64,000 nt of DNA from Pseudomonadota bacterium (GCA_043825875.1 JBDRRF010000076.1:64001-128000); one strand, 5' to 3'. Shown: positions 51,525 through 61,503, counted from the stretch's first letter. Numbers and translations: made by a program. The notes: generated from the letters alone by a model not told the origin.

Positions 51525-52118
51525 TCAAATATTAATCACCTTATCTGCTACCTGCATAGCTGTAACTATATCCAGCATGTTGGTAGTCTCACCAACTTTC
51601 TTTTTTTCAAGCAATTTGAAATGATCAAGACATGTCCCACACACAAGTATAGTAATGCCGCTTTCTTCCAGCTCTTTTAATGCTTTAAGAGCAGCTGATC
51701 CTTCTGTCGTAAGCTTTACTCCATTATTTACAAATACAAGCCTCCAAAGCTCTTTACCCATCTCTTTCAGCGTTTTGATAAAATTTACAATAAGTTTTTT
51801 ACCAAGTTCGTCATCGCCATAACCCATTCTGTCTGTGGCCACCATAACCATTATTTTTTTTTCACTGCTTCCGGATTGTTTATCTTTTTTAGGCAACAAT
51901 TTTTCTTCACAAGCTCCGGCTATAATGAAATCCTGATCTTTCTGCTTAACGGAGGTTTTGAAACCCTGATTTTCCAAAAATCTGCTTACATTCTGCCTGG
52001 CAGCTTCATTATCAACAATAACCACAATTTCTTTTACACCTTCGGTTTCAACAGCAGCCTTAGTTTGAAGCACAGGTGCCGGGCAGGATAGGCCGCGGGC
52101 ATCTATTTCTTTTTTCAT
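51525..52118 (-). CDS. yedF: Selenium-metabolism sulfurtransferase-like protein (TusA + DsrE domains)
   Basis: DARGLSCPAPV; GDDELG; CGTCLDHF; TNM.DIV. Start 52118; the ORF-track extension runs into the MITE. Confidence 0.88.
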   Translation of the reverse strand: MKKEIDARGLSCPAPVLQTKAAVETEGVKEIVVIVDNEAARQNVSRFLENQGFKTSVKQKDQDFIIAGACEEKLLPKKDKQSGSSEKKIMVMVATDRMGYGDDELGKKLIVNFIKTLKEMGKELWRLVFVNNGVKLTTEGSAALKALKELEESGITILVCGTCLDHFKLLEKKKVGETTNMLDIVTAMQVADKVINI

Positions 52119-52141
52119 TGATTCTCCCTCACAATTAATTC

Positions 52142-52284
52142 GAGCCACTTTCAAAACGTTTCAGTTTGGTCAAGCTCAAGGCGGGCGAAAATTTCAACCG
52201 CAGGAATACATTGAGTATTTCGAGGATTGAAATTTGAGCCCAACGCTTAAGATCGGCCAAAATGGGGCGTTTTGAAACTGGCTC
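52142..52284 (+). mobile_element. MITE copy 4 (143 bp, TSD ATTC)
   Basis: TIRs; ATTC at 52138-52141 and 52285-52288; lies between selD and yedF. Confidence 0.88.
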
Positions 52285-52286
52285 AT

Positions 52287-53336
52287 TCATATAATTTTAA
52301 TTTTTTCTTCAGGTTCCGTTGTAACTTCTCCGATCATGGCAGCTTGTGAGATCCCTTTTTCTTTCAACCGATAAAGAAGCTCTTTGGCGCTATCTGCAGC
52401 AACACAGATCAGCAAACCGCCGGATGTCTGGGGGTCAAAAAAAACATCCTGAAGTAAAATATCCACAGAAGATGAAATATCTACTATATGCTCCCGGAAC
52501 TTCCGGTTTTTATGCATTCCGGCAGGTATCATTCCCATAGCGGCATATTCTAATGCTTCTTTTAAGACCGGCACACTGTTTGCCTGAATATGAATACCTA
52601 ATCCCGAACCAATCACCATCTCAGCCATATGCCCAAGAAGTCCGAAGCCGGTAATATCCGTACAGGCATGAACCGGAAACTCCATCATAACTTCTGCCGC
52701 ATCACGGTTTAAAGTTGCCATAAGCCGGGTTACAGTATCAATAAGTTTGTCGGATGCAAGCCCACCTTTTATGGCAGTATTTATAATGCCTGTACCAAGA
52801 GGCTTTGTCAGAATCAAACGATCTTCTGCTTGTAGATTATTCTTGGTAAGCACTCGCTTGGGATGCACAAATCCCGTGACTGATAAGCCATATTTTAATT
52901 CCTTATCCTCAATACTGTGACCGCCAACAAGCACTGTACCTGCTTCCGTAAGCTTATCAAGGCCGCCCTGGATTATTTGACGCAAAACATCTATATCCAT
53001 GGTCTTGATCGGAAAGCCGACCAGGTTCATGGCTGTTTTAGGTGTTCCACCCATAGCATAAACATCACTAAGTGCATTGGCAGCAGCAATCTGACCGAAC
53101 CAGTAAGGATCATCTACAATAGGGGTAAAAAAATCCACTGTCTGGATCAACGCCAGATCATCTGAAACCCTGTAAACACCCGCATCATCTGCCCGGTCCA
53201 AGCCTACCAAAACATTTTCGTTAGTTGGAAATACCATTCCGCACAATGCTCTGTCCAGGTCCCCTGGCGCAAGTTTAGACGCTCAACCGGCACCTGCAAC
53301 TGTTTCAGTCAGCCTTAATTTCTTTATGTCTTCCAT
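52287..53336 (-). CDS. selD: Selenide, water dikinase, selenocysteine-containing
   Basis: Frame extends through TGA (53283-53285) to ATG 53336: MEDIKKLRLTETVAGAG-U-ASKL; DDAGVY, QTVDFFTP, DPQTSGGLL. Confidence 0.93.
53247..53285 (-). promoter_or_regulatory. SECIS-like hairpin
   Basis: CCAGG-GGA-CCTGG stem-loop beginning 15 nt after the in-frame UGA. Confidence 0.7.
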
Positions 53337-53419
53337 AAAATATCCCCTTTAAAAACCCTGCACTATTTCACCTTGATCGCAATCATAACATACTTCAAAT
53401 AATATTAGCCATTAATTGT

Positions 53420-54163
53420 TCATTCTCCGGCAAGAAGAGCTGCTCCAAAAGCACCAACCATCTGGGGATCATTTGGTATCAGAATTTTTCGACCCAGTCT
53501 TTCTGCAAGTAAGTTACGCATACAAGGATTTTTTGCTACGCCACCCGTAAAAACGATTTCGCCTTCCGATGATACACGATTAATCATTCCGGTTGTACGT
53601 CGTATAACACTATTGTGCAAACCCTTTGCAATTTCACGCCTTTTGCAACCTCTTGCAATAAGGGAAACAACTTCGGATTCGGCAAACACAGTACACATGC
53701 TTGAAATATTGATATCGTTTTTTGCATAAAATGCTTCCGTGCCAAAATCGTCAATATCAAAACCCAAAGTCTTTGCCATGATTTCCAGAAACTTTCCTGT
53801 ACCGGCAGCGCATTTGTCATTCATTTCAAACTTTTTTATTTTTCCGTTACTATGCAAAGAAATAGCTTTGCTATCCTGCCCGCCAATATCAAGCACAGTC
53901 TGAGCATCGGGAAATAAAGCCCGCGCACCCCTGGCATGAGCTTTAATTTCAGTTATCGTAGGCATATCAAAAGATGACCCGATCAGAGAGCGCCCATAGC
54001 CTGTTGCTATAATGTTATCGTACGATATTTTGCGCAACAGACCTTTCACCTGTGAAACAGGATCATAACCGGTATCGGTCATGAAGTTATATATGATTTT
54101 ATCCGCTTCTATAACGACAAGTTCTATTGTACGAGATCCGATATCAATTCCTGCATAACGCAT
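53420..54163 (-). CDS. HgdC/BadF-type ATP-dependent activator (DCCP-R-like)
   Basis: GIDIGS, TGYGR, DIGGQDSK, NDKCAAGTG, CTVFAESE. Confidence 0.9.
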   Translation of the reverse strand: MRYAGIDIGSRTIELVVIEADKIIYNFMTDTGYDPVSQVKGLLRKISYDNIIATGYGRSLIGSSFDMPTITEIKAHARGARALFPDAQTVLDIGGQDSKAISLHSNGKIKKFEMNDKCAAGTGKFLEIMAKTLGFDIDDFGTEAFYAKNDINISSMCTVFAESEVVSLIARGCKRREIAKGLHNSVIRRTTGMINRVSSEGEIVFTGGVAKNPCMRNLLAERLGRKILIPNDPQMVGAFGAALLAGE

Positions 54164-54172
54164 TATTATCTT

Positions 54173-55450
54173 TTATCCTAAAATTTCAAGAAAAGCTTCA
54201 ATCCTTGTTTTTAGTTGCCCTGCATCCTCCATGCTATAATCGGTTTCTATCCTAAGTACCGGAATGTTCTCATTTTCAAGAGTTTTTTCAATGGGCATTG
54301 ATTCCATGATATATGGCTGGCAAAACTGCAAACCATAAAGAATTACTCCGTCCACCTTGTATGTGGCAACCATTTCCCGGATATGATCCAGGCGTTCATG
54401 GTTTGGAGTAAAAACTGCGCAATCGATCTTGTAATAGCGATCCACGATGTCTTCAATCATTTCGTCAACAGTTTTGCCGGATTCATCCGTCAGATTCCGC
54501 ACACCTCTTTCACCAACACAGGATTCTTCTCCCACAATAACAGCACCTGAGGTTTCCACTATAAAAGGAAGCTTCCAGTTGGGTACAGCCTGTGGGCATC
54601 CTGAAACAAGAATACGGGGAGTCTTTTCTGGAAATACTCCTTTTTCTTCTTTTATTCTTTTTTCCAGTTCGTCACAGATTTTATTTACAGACTCAGTAAA
54701 CCGGGCCGGATTATCATAGAAAGAAACCTGGTTTGCCAAAAGCGCATCCAAACCGAATATAGGCGCAGGATCGGCTTTGCGCAGAGCCGAAAGATGATGT
54801 ATGGCATTTCGTTTAGCATTTACAGTCTGAATTGACTGTTTTAAGGATTCGGCAGTAATGGGAACCCTGGTAAGTTTTTCAAGTGCTTCTTTAAAACGAT
54901 AATATTCAGCTTTTAAAAGCGCCCTGCCCTGCTCTGATTTTATTTGGGGCAAATCCATAACATAAAGGTTATTAACCAAAGAGTTTAACGATTCATATGC
55001 TTTCTTTTTGCCGTCACAGGTGTTTTCGCCTACAACCATATCAGCGCTTTCCAGATATGGACAAACCTTGCCGAGCTTAAATCCGAATGCGGATTTAATA
55101 AGTGCGCAAGTATTTCTCGGCAAATATTTTTCAACTTCTTCTATTGCAAAGTCAGCACCGGAGCAAAGCCCTACCAGAGTGGCATTGGCAGCTAATACAA
55201 TTTCTTCCGGCACAAATACACAGTATGATCCGATGATTTTTCGCCCGGCTTCTTTTTCATCCAAAAGCTCTTTTATCCGCAAACCATGTACTTCGCTCAT
55301 TACAAAATCGAAATATCCCATATTTTGAGGCCGGTTTTTTTGCGCTGCATAAATATCTCGATATGCTTTTCCCAAAACCCCAAGCAACATATCATGGGCA
55401 TCAAGATCAAGCCCCAGATTCTTCCACATATCACGGTAATCTTCGCTCAT
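54173..55450 (-). CDS. Double-cubane-cluster reductase (HgdAB/FldBC-like family)
   Basis: Single chain with nine motif cysteines: YCVFVPEE, GLC, NTC, VCPY, TCDGKKK, GCP, ESC, DCA, FC. Confidence 0.8.
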   Translation of the reverse strand: MSEDYRDMWKNLGLDLDAHDMLLGVLGKAYRDIYAAQKNRPQNMGYFDFVMSEVHGLRIKELLDEKEAGRKIIGSYCVFVPEEIVLAANATLVGLCSGADFAIEEVEKYLPRNTCALIKSAFGFKLGKVCPYLESADMVVGENTCDGKKKAYESLNSLVNNLYVMDLPQIKSEQGRALLKAEYYRFKEALEKLTRVPITAESLKQSIQTVNAKRNAIHHLSALRKADPAPIFGLDALLANQVSFYDNPARFTESVNKICDELEKRIKEEKGVFPEKTPRILVSGCPQAVPNWKLPFIVETSGAVIVGEESCVGERGVRNLTDESGKTVDEMIEDIVDRYYKIDCAVFTPNHERLDHIREMVATYKVDGVILYGLQFCQPYIMESMPIEKTLENENIPVLRIETDYSMEDAGQLKTRIEAFLEILG

Positions 55451-55579
55451 TTTTTACTCCTCCAGCCCAAAAGCATGGTTTTTTAATAAATTTTGCAAAG
55501 GATAATACTTTACAAATACACTATACTTATAATATCCCTCTCACCGATATCATCTGCATGTCAAATAGATAGTACTAAT

Positions 55580-55602
55580 ATCTATAGGTATAATTTATAG
55601 AT
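55580..55602. promoter_or_regulatory. Palindromic operator candidate (LysR-like)
   Basis: ATCTATA-N9-TATAGAT about 130 bp upstream of the reductase start. Confidence 0.4.
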
Positions 55603-55885
55603 AAACTTAATGATGCCAGCCAAACAACAACTATTCCTGTCCTACCCTGCTTGATAACCGGCTATAGCCATTCCTTTTATATTTTTTTCTTAAACAGTTT
55701 AAATTCAATCAATCATAACATTTCTCATAAATACATAAATTTATACTCTTGTTTAAAAAACCTATTGATTTAATTTAAGCAAAGTATTAACGAAATTTCC
55801 GTATTGTTGTTCATTATACAAGTTGTTTATTTTAAACGTTTTCTGGAATAAATAATCCGATATCTCATTTTATTCTTTATTGGAT

Positions 55886-56049
55886 GAGACTTTTGAAAAA
55901 TGTTCAATTTTGCTCAAGTTCAAGGAAGGCGAAAATTTTAACCACAGGAATACATCGGGTATTTCGAGGATAGCGCTAAAGCTTCACTGCGTGCGAAATT
56001 TGAGCATGACGACGGAATCGGATGAAAGGGGGCGTTTTGCAAAGGTCTC
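55886..56049 (+). mobile_element. MITE copy 5, divergent subfamily (164 bp)
   Basis: Ends GAGACTTTTG / CAAAGGTCTC; same core and 22-nt module; no TSD seen. Confidence 0.75.
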
Positions 56050-56074
56050 AAAAGGATTGAACATGACCGGATAT

Positions 56075-56122
56075 AAAAAAGCCCCGATCTTCATATAATT
56101 GAAGCACGGGGCTTTTGTTTTT
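56075..56122. terminator. Bidirectional intrinsic terminator
   Basis: AAAAAAGCCCCG...CGGGGCTTTTG downstream of aor. Confidence 0.7.
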
Positions 56123-56154
56123 AAATGTTTTAAACTATCAAAAATTAGCTAGTA

Positions 56155-58050
56155 CTATTTATCAAAACCTGAATTCATACCTTTTAGAGAAAGCGTAAGC
56201 TCTTCGATTCTGCCCGAACTGAGTGTGCCCTCCTTGGAGTCCCAGCCCCGCTCCTCATAGTAAGCAGTTAAAAGATCATCGAGATTAGCACTATTTAGCG
56301 GCGGGAATAATGAGTTTCCAAACTTGACAGACTCGGCAAGGAACCTTTCGGGTACACCGTCGTCTTTTCGGGTTGCGCCTTCGCGCATATTAAAAGCTTT
56401 TCTCATGTCACGGCCACGAGCAGCAGCTTCAAACAGTCCTTTGGCATCCATATCAATTCCGGTAGCAGCAAAATAAAGGTCCGCCCATAAACTGACATCA
56501 AACTCCTGATATATGTAATGCATGCAAATACCCAGACATTCCAATATAAAACTATGATCGTCCGCCCATTTGGTCATGCGGGGAACATTATACCCATCAG
56601 GACCGGAAGATACGCTTTTAATATCTTTTTCCGTCATTCCTACCTTTTTGCAGTATCGGACCAGTTCATCTCCTGACGTCTTGAAAAACATTATGTTTGA
56701 GAAGTGACCGGTTGCATTGGTCAATGCACCAAGAAGAAAGGCGGATAAAAAGATACGCGACTCTATGCCGCCTATTCCCTTGAAGTGAATCGCATAATAT
56801 TCGGCCCCACGACCGATCTGCCGGGATGCCTCTACAAGACCATTTGCCAAAACATCTCCGATACCTCTCCTGTAAGCAATATCTCGCACTAGCCTGTGAA
56901 GGGTTGCTGCATCCCAATCAAGGACCAATCCGCCAGTATCAGCTTTTGTAATAATTTTTTTCTCATAGAGTTCAATAGCCATAGCTGCTATGCCTGAAAT
57001 GGAAATCTGATCCATTCCAAGCCGGTTGCTCATTTCGGCAAACCGGAGTGCTTGGGGCCATCCTGTAACACCGCAATTGATAGCCGTTATAATCGGATTC
57101 AATCCGCAAGATATTGGCAATGCCAGCCCGTCAAGCTCACCGCCTTTTTTTCCGGCCATATAATGTTTGCATCCAACAGGGCATGAAAAGCAACTTCGCC
57201 TACTCCGGTGGATTTGATCCAGTAGCTTATCAATATCGTAGTCTTTCAGCAACTCCGGCCCGGCGGTATTGCGAAAGTTCCGGTAAGCAAGTCCGCCCGT
57301 ATTGACCACACCTTCTAAATGAGCCAGGCCCTTGCCGTATTTACGGAAGTTTTCATTCTGCAGTTTTGGGATTTCTTTGCATAATTTGTTTACTATCTTA
57401 ATAAATTTCTTAGGGTCCGCCACACTAATACCCTGACTTCCAAAGGTAGCAATAGCCTTTAGATTTTTTGAGCCCATCACCGCTCCCATCCCTGTTCGCG
57501 CAAATGCCGAGTATTTATTGGCAATTATACTTGCATCCCTTACAAGATTTTCTCCGGCAGGCCCAATGCTCAATACTGTGTACAGCCTTCCCAGTTCATC
57601 CCATACAGCATCGGTTGTTTCCCAGGTATCTTTGCCCCATATGTGACCAGCTTCACGAATCTCAACTTCATCCCCTATCTTCAAATACACGGGCCTATCT
57701 GCCTTGCCGGTGATAATAACATGGTCATAACCTGCAAACTTCAGCATTCCCATGTGTCCGCTGCCTGATGATCCGATAAACCGGGAAGAAGGTGATTTAG
57801 CAGTAATATTGGATTTGCCTGCACCAGGAGTCAGTGTACCAACCAGAGGCCCGACACCTAATATAAGAGCATTTTCAGGCGATAAAGGCTCAACATTCGG
57901 TTCAATATAGTCATAAGCCAGGCGAGCATTGATTCCGGCACCACCAAGAAACTTATAAATTAATTCTTCATTAAGGGGTATTTTACTGATACTGCCAGTG
58001 CTTAAATCAACTTTTAGGATGTTGCCTGCGTAAGCGTTTATTTTATCCAT
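56155..58050 (-). CDS. Aldehyde:ferredoxin oxidoreductase family protein
   Basis: LGG.G, KSP, GPAGEN, R.G.GAVMGSKNLKAI, C..CP..C, LG.C, YYEERGWD. Confidence 0.9.
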   Translation of the reverse strand: MDKINAYAGNILKVDLSTGSISKIPLNEELIYKFLGGAGINARLAYDYIEPNVEPLSPENALILGVGPLVGTLTPGAGKSNITAKSPSSRFIGSSGSGHMGMLKFAGYDHVIITGKADRPVYLKIGDEVEIREAGHIWGKDTWETTDAVWDELGRLYTVLSIGPAGENLVRDASIIANKYSAFARTGMGAVMGSKNLKAIATFGSQGISVADPKKFIKIVNKLCKEIPKLQNENFRKYGKGLAHLEGVVNTGGLAYRNFRNTAGPELLKDYDIDKLLDQIHRSRRSCFSCPVGCKHYMAGKKGGELDGLALPISCGLNPIITAINCGVTGWPQALRFAEMSNRLGMDQISISGIAAMAIELYEKKIITKADTGGLVLDWDAATLHRLVRDIAYRRGIGDVLANGLVEASRQIGRGAEYYAIHFKGIGGIESRIFLSAFLLGALTNATGHFSNIMFFKTSGDELVRYCKKVGMTEKDIKSVSSGPDGYNVPRMTKWADDHSFILECLGICMHYIYQEFDVSLWADLYFAATGIDMDAKGLFEAAARGRDMRKAFNMREGATRKDDGVPERFLAESVKFGNSLFPPLNSANLDDLLTAYYEERGWDSKEGTLSSGRIEELTLSLKGMNSGFDK

Positions 58051-58091
58051 TGCCTACTCCTATTCGATGCTTATGTTGATTTTGAGTAAGA

Positions 58092-58373
58092 TCAGACTTT
58101 TTCAGGCATCTGATTAAATCCGTCTGCTAACTTTTCGATAACAAGTGCGTCAAATTCACAGTATTGCACACATACTCCACATAAATTACAATCATTTTTA
58201 AGCGTTATCTCAAAACATTCCATATTGTAAAATGGCACAACCATGATTTTTGATTTTGATATATTAAAGGCCTTTTCAGTAGATGTGAAAAAAGAGCAGG
58301 CCAGGCTGCATCGAAGACAACCTGTGCAAAATTCCGGGGATATTATAATTTTTTTGTTTTTCTTTTTAGACAT
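58092..58373 (-). CDS. 2[4Fe-4S] ferredoxin-like AOR partner
   Basis: CTGCLRCSLAC and CNLCGVCVQYC. Confidence 0.8.
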   Translation of the reverse strand: MSKKKNKKIIISPEFCTGCLRCSLACSFFTSTEKAFNISKSKIMVVPFYNMECFEITLKNDCNLCGVCVQYCEFDALVIEKLADGFNQMPEKV

Positions 58374-58529
58374 GATTTACCCCCTTTTGCTTTTTGATAA
58401 GGATTTTTTGTATATGTTATATGGTTTACAGCAAATATGATATTGAAAAAACAATAATTCATCAAGAAAAAAGGGGAATAGCTTTGCACTTAGGGTTGGC
58501 TACTCCTTCCAGTCGCTTTTACTTTCGGT

Positions 58530-58597
58530 TCACCTTCCGATTCGCTTCACCATTAGACAACTCATAACGAAGATGCCCTTGCCTTCGGCTAATGTTT
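58530..58597 (-). other. Possible group IIC intron domain I fragment
   Basis: Minus strand TTAGCCGAAGGCAAGGGCATC...TCTAATGGTGAAGC resembles recalled IIC domain I sequence. Confidence 0.35.
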
Positions 58598-58613
58598 ATG
58601 TCTCGAAAATACC

Positions 58614-58642
58614 TTGACTTATCATATTTAATAAGTTATTAA
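58614..58642 (+). promoter_or_regulatory. higBA promoter with overlapping palindrome
   Basis: TTGACT-17 bp-TATTAA; ACTTAT...ATAAGT inverted repeat; ATG 8 nt after the -10 with no RBS. Confidence 0.55.
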
Positions 58643-58650
58643 ATTTAATA

Positions 58651-58923
58651 ATGTGGCGCATACGAGAACATCACAATTTAAATAAGATTATTGCAAAATT
58701 ACCGTTGCAGGTCGTGAAAAAATACGAACTTTGGAAAGATATTGTTTTTCGACATGGGCCAGATATATTACGTGAATTTCCTGGTTTTCATGACGAAAAA
58801 TTAAAAGGAGAGTTTGAAGGACAACGATCATCACGGCTTAATATTCAATATCGTGTTATTTATTCTATCGAAAAAGAGATAGTATCAGTTTATACCATTG
58901 ATATAACACCACATAAATATTAG
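58651..58923 (+). CDS. higB: RelE/HigB-like mRNA interferase toxin
   Basis: HDEKLKG...G.RSSRLN.QYRVIY; toxin-first order. Confidence 0.8.
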   Translation: MWRIREHHNLNKIIAKLPLQVVKKYELWKDIVFRHGPDILREFPGFHDEKLKGEFEGQRSSRLNIQYRVIYSIEKEIVSVYTIDITPHKY

Positions 58924-58935
58924 GGGGTTAAAATA

Positions 58936-59211
58936 ATGAAAATTAAAAAATCGGACTATATGCCGGCAAAACAGCATACGATCTTAACTACCGGAGAAGT
59001 AATTAAAATGTTGCGTGAACTAAAAGGATGGACTCAAGAGGAATTATCAAAATATTGCTCTATCAATGCAAAAAATATCAGTATGCTTGAAAATGATAAA
59101 TTAGAAATAGGGAAAAAAAGGGCCTTGCAACTCGCCACTGCATTTAATGTACATCCTGCTATAATTATGTTTCCTGAATACGAATCAAAAGAAATTCAAA
59201 AAGCGGCATAA
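58936..59211 (+). CDS. higA: XRE-family HTH antitoxin
   Basis: LRELKGWTQEEL...ISMLEN.K..IG...A..LA.AF. Confidence 0.8.
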   Translation: MKIKKSDYMPAKQHTILTTGEVIKMLRELKGWTQEELSKYCSINAKNISMLENDKLEIGKKRALQLATAFNVHPAIIMFPEYESKEIQKAA

Positions 59212-59327
59212 CAAAGGGTTAACCGGAAATGCTGTTGAGACGCCGAAGAATTTTTTATCAGTTTGTTGCCAATAGATGTAATCGTCTTGTTCAAATCAAT
59301 GGTGGATTTTTAAGCAGATTTTTTCTG

Positions 59328-59385
59328 CCACAACATGAAAATCAACAGGACCCCAAAAGCCGGGCCGGTGCTTAAACCGTTGAAC
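59328..59385 (+). repeat. attC-like site
   Basis: CCACAAC...CAACAGGACCC...GGGCCGGTG...GTTGAAC, 58 bp, imperfect. Confidence 0.4.
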
Positions 59386-59473
59386 GAGACGCTACGCCGC
59401 AGAAAAAACCTCAAATTAGTATATACTCACATAGCAGCCAAATTCCGGGCATTATTTCATGAGGAGATACATC

Positions 59474-60571
59474 ATGATTTTTTTAAAACCAAATATTGAA
59501 AAGCTTAGAAAAAACCACAATATAAAAGGACTGCTCAAAGCGCTATCCTATAAAGAAGCATTTATCAGATCAGATGCCGCCTTTACTATCGGTCAAATAT
59601 TTGAGGGATATAATAAAAGTCCTTTAAAAGACGAAGCCTCTACAGCATTAGTACAAACATTGGTGGATTCTGATTTTAATGTACAAGAGACCACTGTCTA
59701 CGCTCTTGGACACATGAGGCAAGTTGAGCCACTGATTGAGGTACTTAATAACGGTGAAAAGCAATTACGTATTGTTGCCGCAAAAGTAATGGGATGGAAT
59801 TTACAAAACCTGTCAGTTATAGACGCATTGGTTATAGCTTTAAAAAATGATAGAGATGAAGAAGTCAGGAGTAATGCTGCCAGTTCACTGGGAAGTATAA
59901 TAGAAGATCGAAAACGTCAATTTGATCAATATGAAGAAAACTATGATAAAAAAATTATCGACGACTGTTGTAAAGTATTGTTGGAAGCACTTAGAGATAC
60001 ACCATTGGTTTATTCGAATGCTCTCTGGGCCTTGGCCAAATCAAAAAAGAATGATGTTATCCCTCATTTGATTAAAGGATTAGGTGATGAAAATGGAGCA
60101 GTCCGTAAAATGGCTGCCGTGGGTTTGGGTATGGTAGGGTCTGCCGTCGGAAAAGAGGGGGTTAACAGTTTGGTAAGAACTGTACAAAATAGTAATGAAT
60201 CCGTAGAAACACGCGAATGCGCCATTCGTTCTTTGGGTAGTATTCAGAACGATATTGCCCTACAAGCACTGCATTTATTGCATGAAAGTCCTGTCGCTGA
60301 TAAATTCAATACAACCATTGATTATGCTCTCGGGCAGTATCCATCGAATAAAACAGCGGTAGCAGCAAAACAGCATAAACAAACATGGCAGTATTGGGCA
60401 TATATCCATAAGCACGGTCAATTACAAGTAAAAGAATGGTATCAAGGTAATACTTTTATTCAAGAAGCACCCACATCTCCAAATGTTAAGCATTTCCTTG
60501 AAGAGCCTTTCGAAGCAACATCTATTGAAGAGGCAGAGGAGATTGCCGCTAAATTACTGAATCTTAATTAA
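59474..60571 (+). CDS. HEAT/PBS-lyase repeat protein
   Basis: KPNIEKL...IKGL.KAL start; repeated VR..AA..LG; AGGAG RBS before ATG 59474. Confidence 0.8.
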   Translation: MIFLKPNIEKLRKNHNIKGLLKALSYKEAFIRSDAAFTIGQIFEGYNKSPLKDEASTALVQTLVDSDFNVQETTVYALGHMRQVEPLIEVLNNGEKQLRIVAAKVMGWNLQNLSVIDALVIALKNDRDEEVRSNAASSLGSIIEDRKRQFDQYEENYDKKIIDDCCKVLLEALRDTPLVYSNALWALAKSKKNDVIPHLIKGLGDENGAVRKMAAVGLGMVGSAVGKEGVNSLVRTVQNSNESVETRECAIRSLGSIQNDIALQALHLLHESPVADKFNTTIDYALGQYPSNKTAVAAKQHKQTWQYWAYIHKHGQLQVKEWYQGNTFIQEAPTSPNVKHFLEEPFEATSIEEAEEIAAKLLNLN

Positions 60572-60717
60572 CTAATGCAAGCGCACATAAGGAATAAGGA
60601 TTGATTTGCGGGTCCACAATCTTATCCGGTGGTTGAACAAGCCCGGTGTCTTTATATAATCCCTTTAAAAGAAAAAGTAACTAAAGGTCAAATGTAGACC
60701 TGACATCATTTGTCTCT

Positions 60718-61503
60718 TCATATAATTTCAAGTTTATCGATGATATGTGGTAGCAAATACTCTAATAGATCAAGAGCTTTAGTTGTAACTTCAACAACGT
60801 TATTTGGCGTCGGCTCTAAGCGTTCTATTATTCTCCTTTTTTCACCCTTAACCATTCCAATATATTCTTTATCGTAGATAAAATCGAATGATGACTGGCC
60901 TGTTAAAAATAAATTTCCAATATCTAACCCGATCCATGGTTTTTCAAATCCAATGAGGAACGACATAAAGGTTCGTAATGAACCACGTTCAAATCCAATG
61001 AATAACTTATTATCATTCGATATTTTTCTATAGAAAGATCTTGCTCCAAATATAGGTTTTTTCTTGGCGATTTTGTATCCAGGATCTCGTTCTTTTATTG
61101 TTTCTTTTATTAATTTATTTACATCAAATTTCGGATATACTTCTGAGTATCCAGTAATATACGCCATATAATTTGTGCCCTCACGTACTTTATACCATTT
61201 GTAGAATTCATCTCTTGCTTCTATTAAGTCAGGATATCTATCATAGAAGGATCGCGATTCAGAAAGCCCAATAAGGCCAGAGAATTGTTCTTTAACATTT
61301 TGTTTAAAATATTGAACAAGTTTATCCTTGATGTTTTTGTCGATATCATCTTTGTAAATGTGATACTTTTCTAAAACCTCATATGATACTTCTTTTGGCC
61401 AATTAAAATTATCAAAAGGTGAGACCCTAAATATTATCTGTTCTGTCAACTCAATTAGTTTCTTACCTGTATGAAACTTTTCTTTTTCATCCATACATTT
61501 CAA
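60718..61503 (-). CDS. Hypothetical protein
   Basis: 261-aa AT-rich ORF with no recognised motif. Confidence 0.55.
   Translation of the reverse strand: MKCMDEKEKFHTGKKLIELTEQIIFRVSPFDNFNWPKEVSYEVLEKYHIYKDDIDKNIKDKLVQYFKQNVKEQFSGLIGLSESRSFYDRYPDLIEARDEFYKWYKVREGTNYMAYITGYSEVYPKFDVNKLIKETIKERDPGYKIAKKKPIFGARSFYRKISNDNKLFIGFERGSLRTFMSFLIGFEKPWIGLDIGNLFLTGQSSFDFIYDKEYIGMVKGEKRRIIERLEPTPNNVVEVTTKALDLLEYLLPHIIDKLEII

Noticed and set aside
15238..56049. Repeats as a CRISPR array
   Set aside because: Copies are dispersed, 143-187 bp, with TIRs and TSDs; no repeat-spacer periodicity and no cas genes.
55880..56098. 72-aa ORF
   Set aside because: Almost entirely MITE copy 5 plus a terminator.
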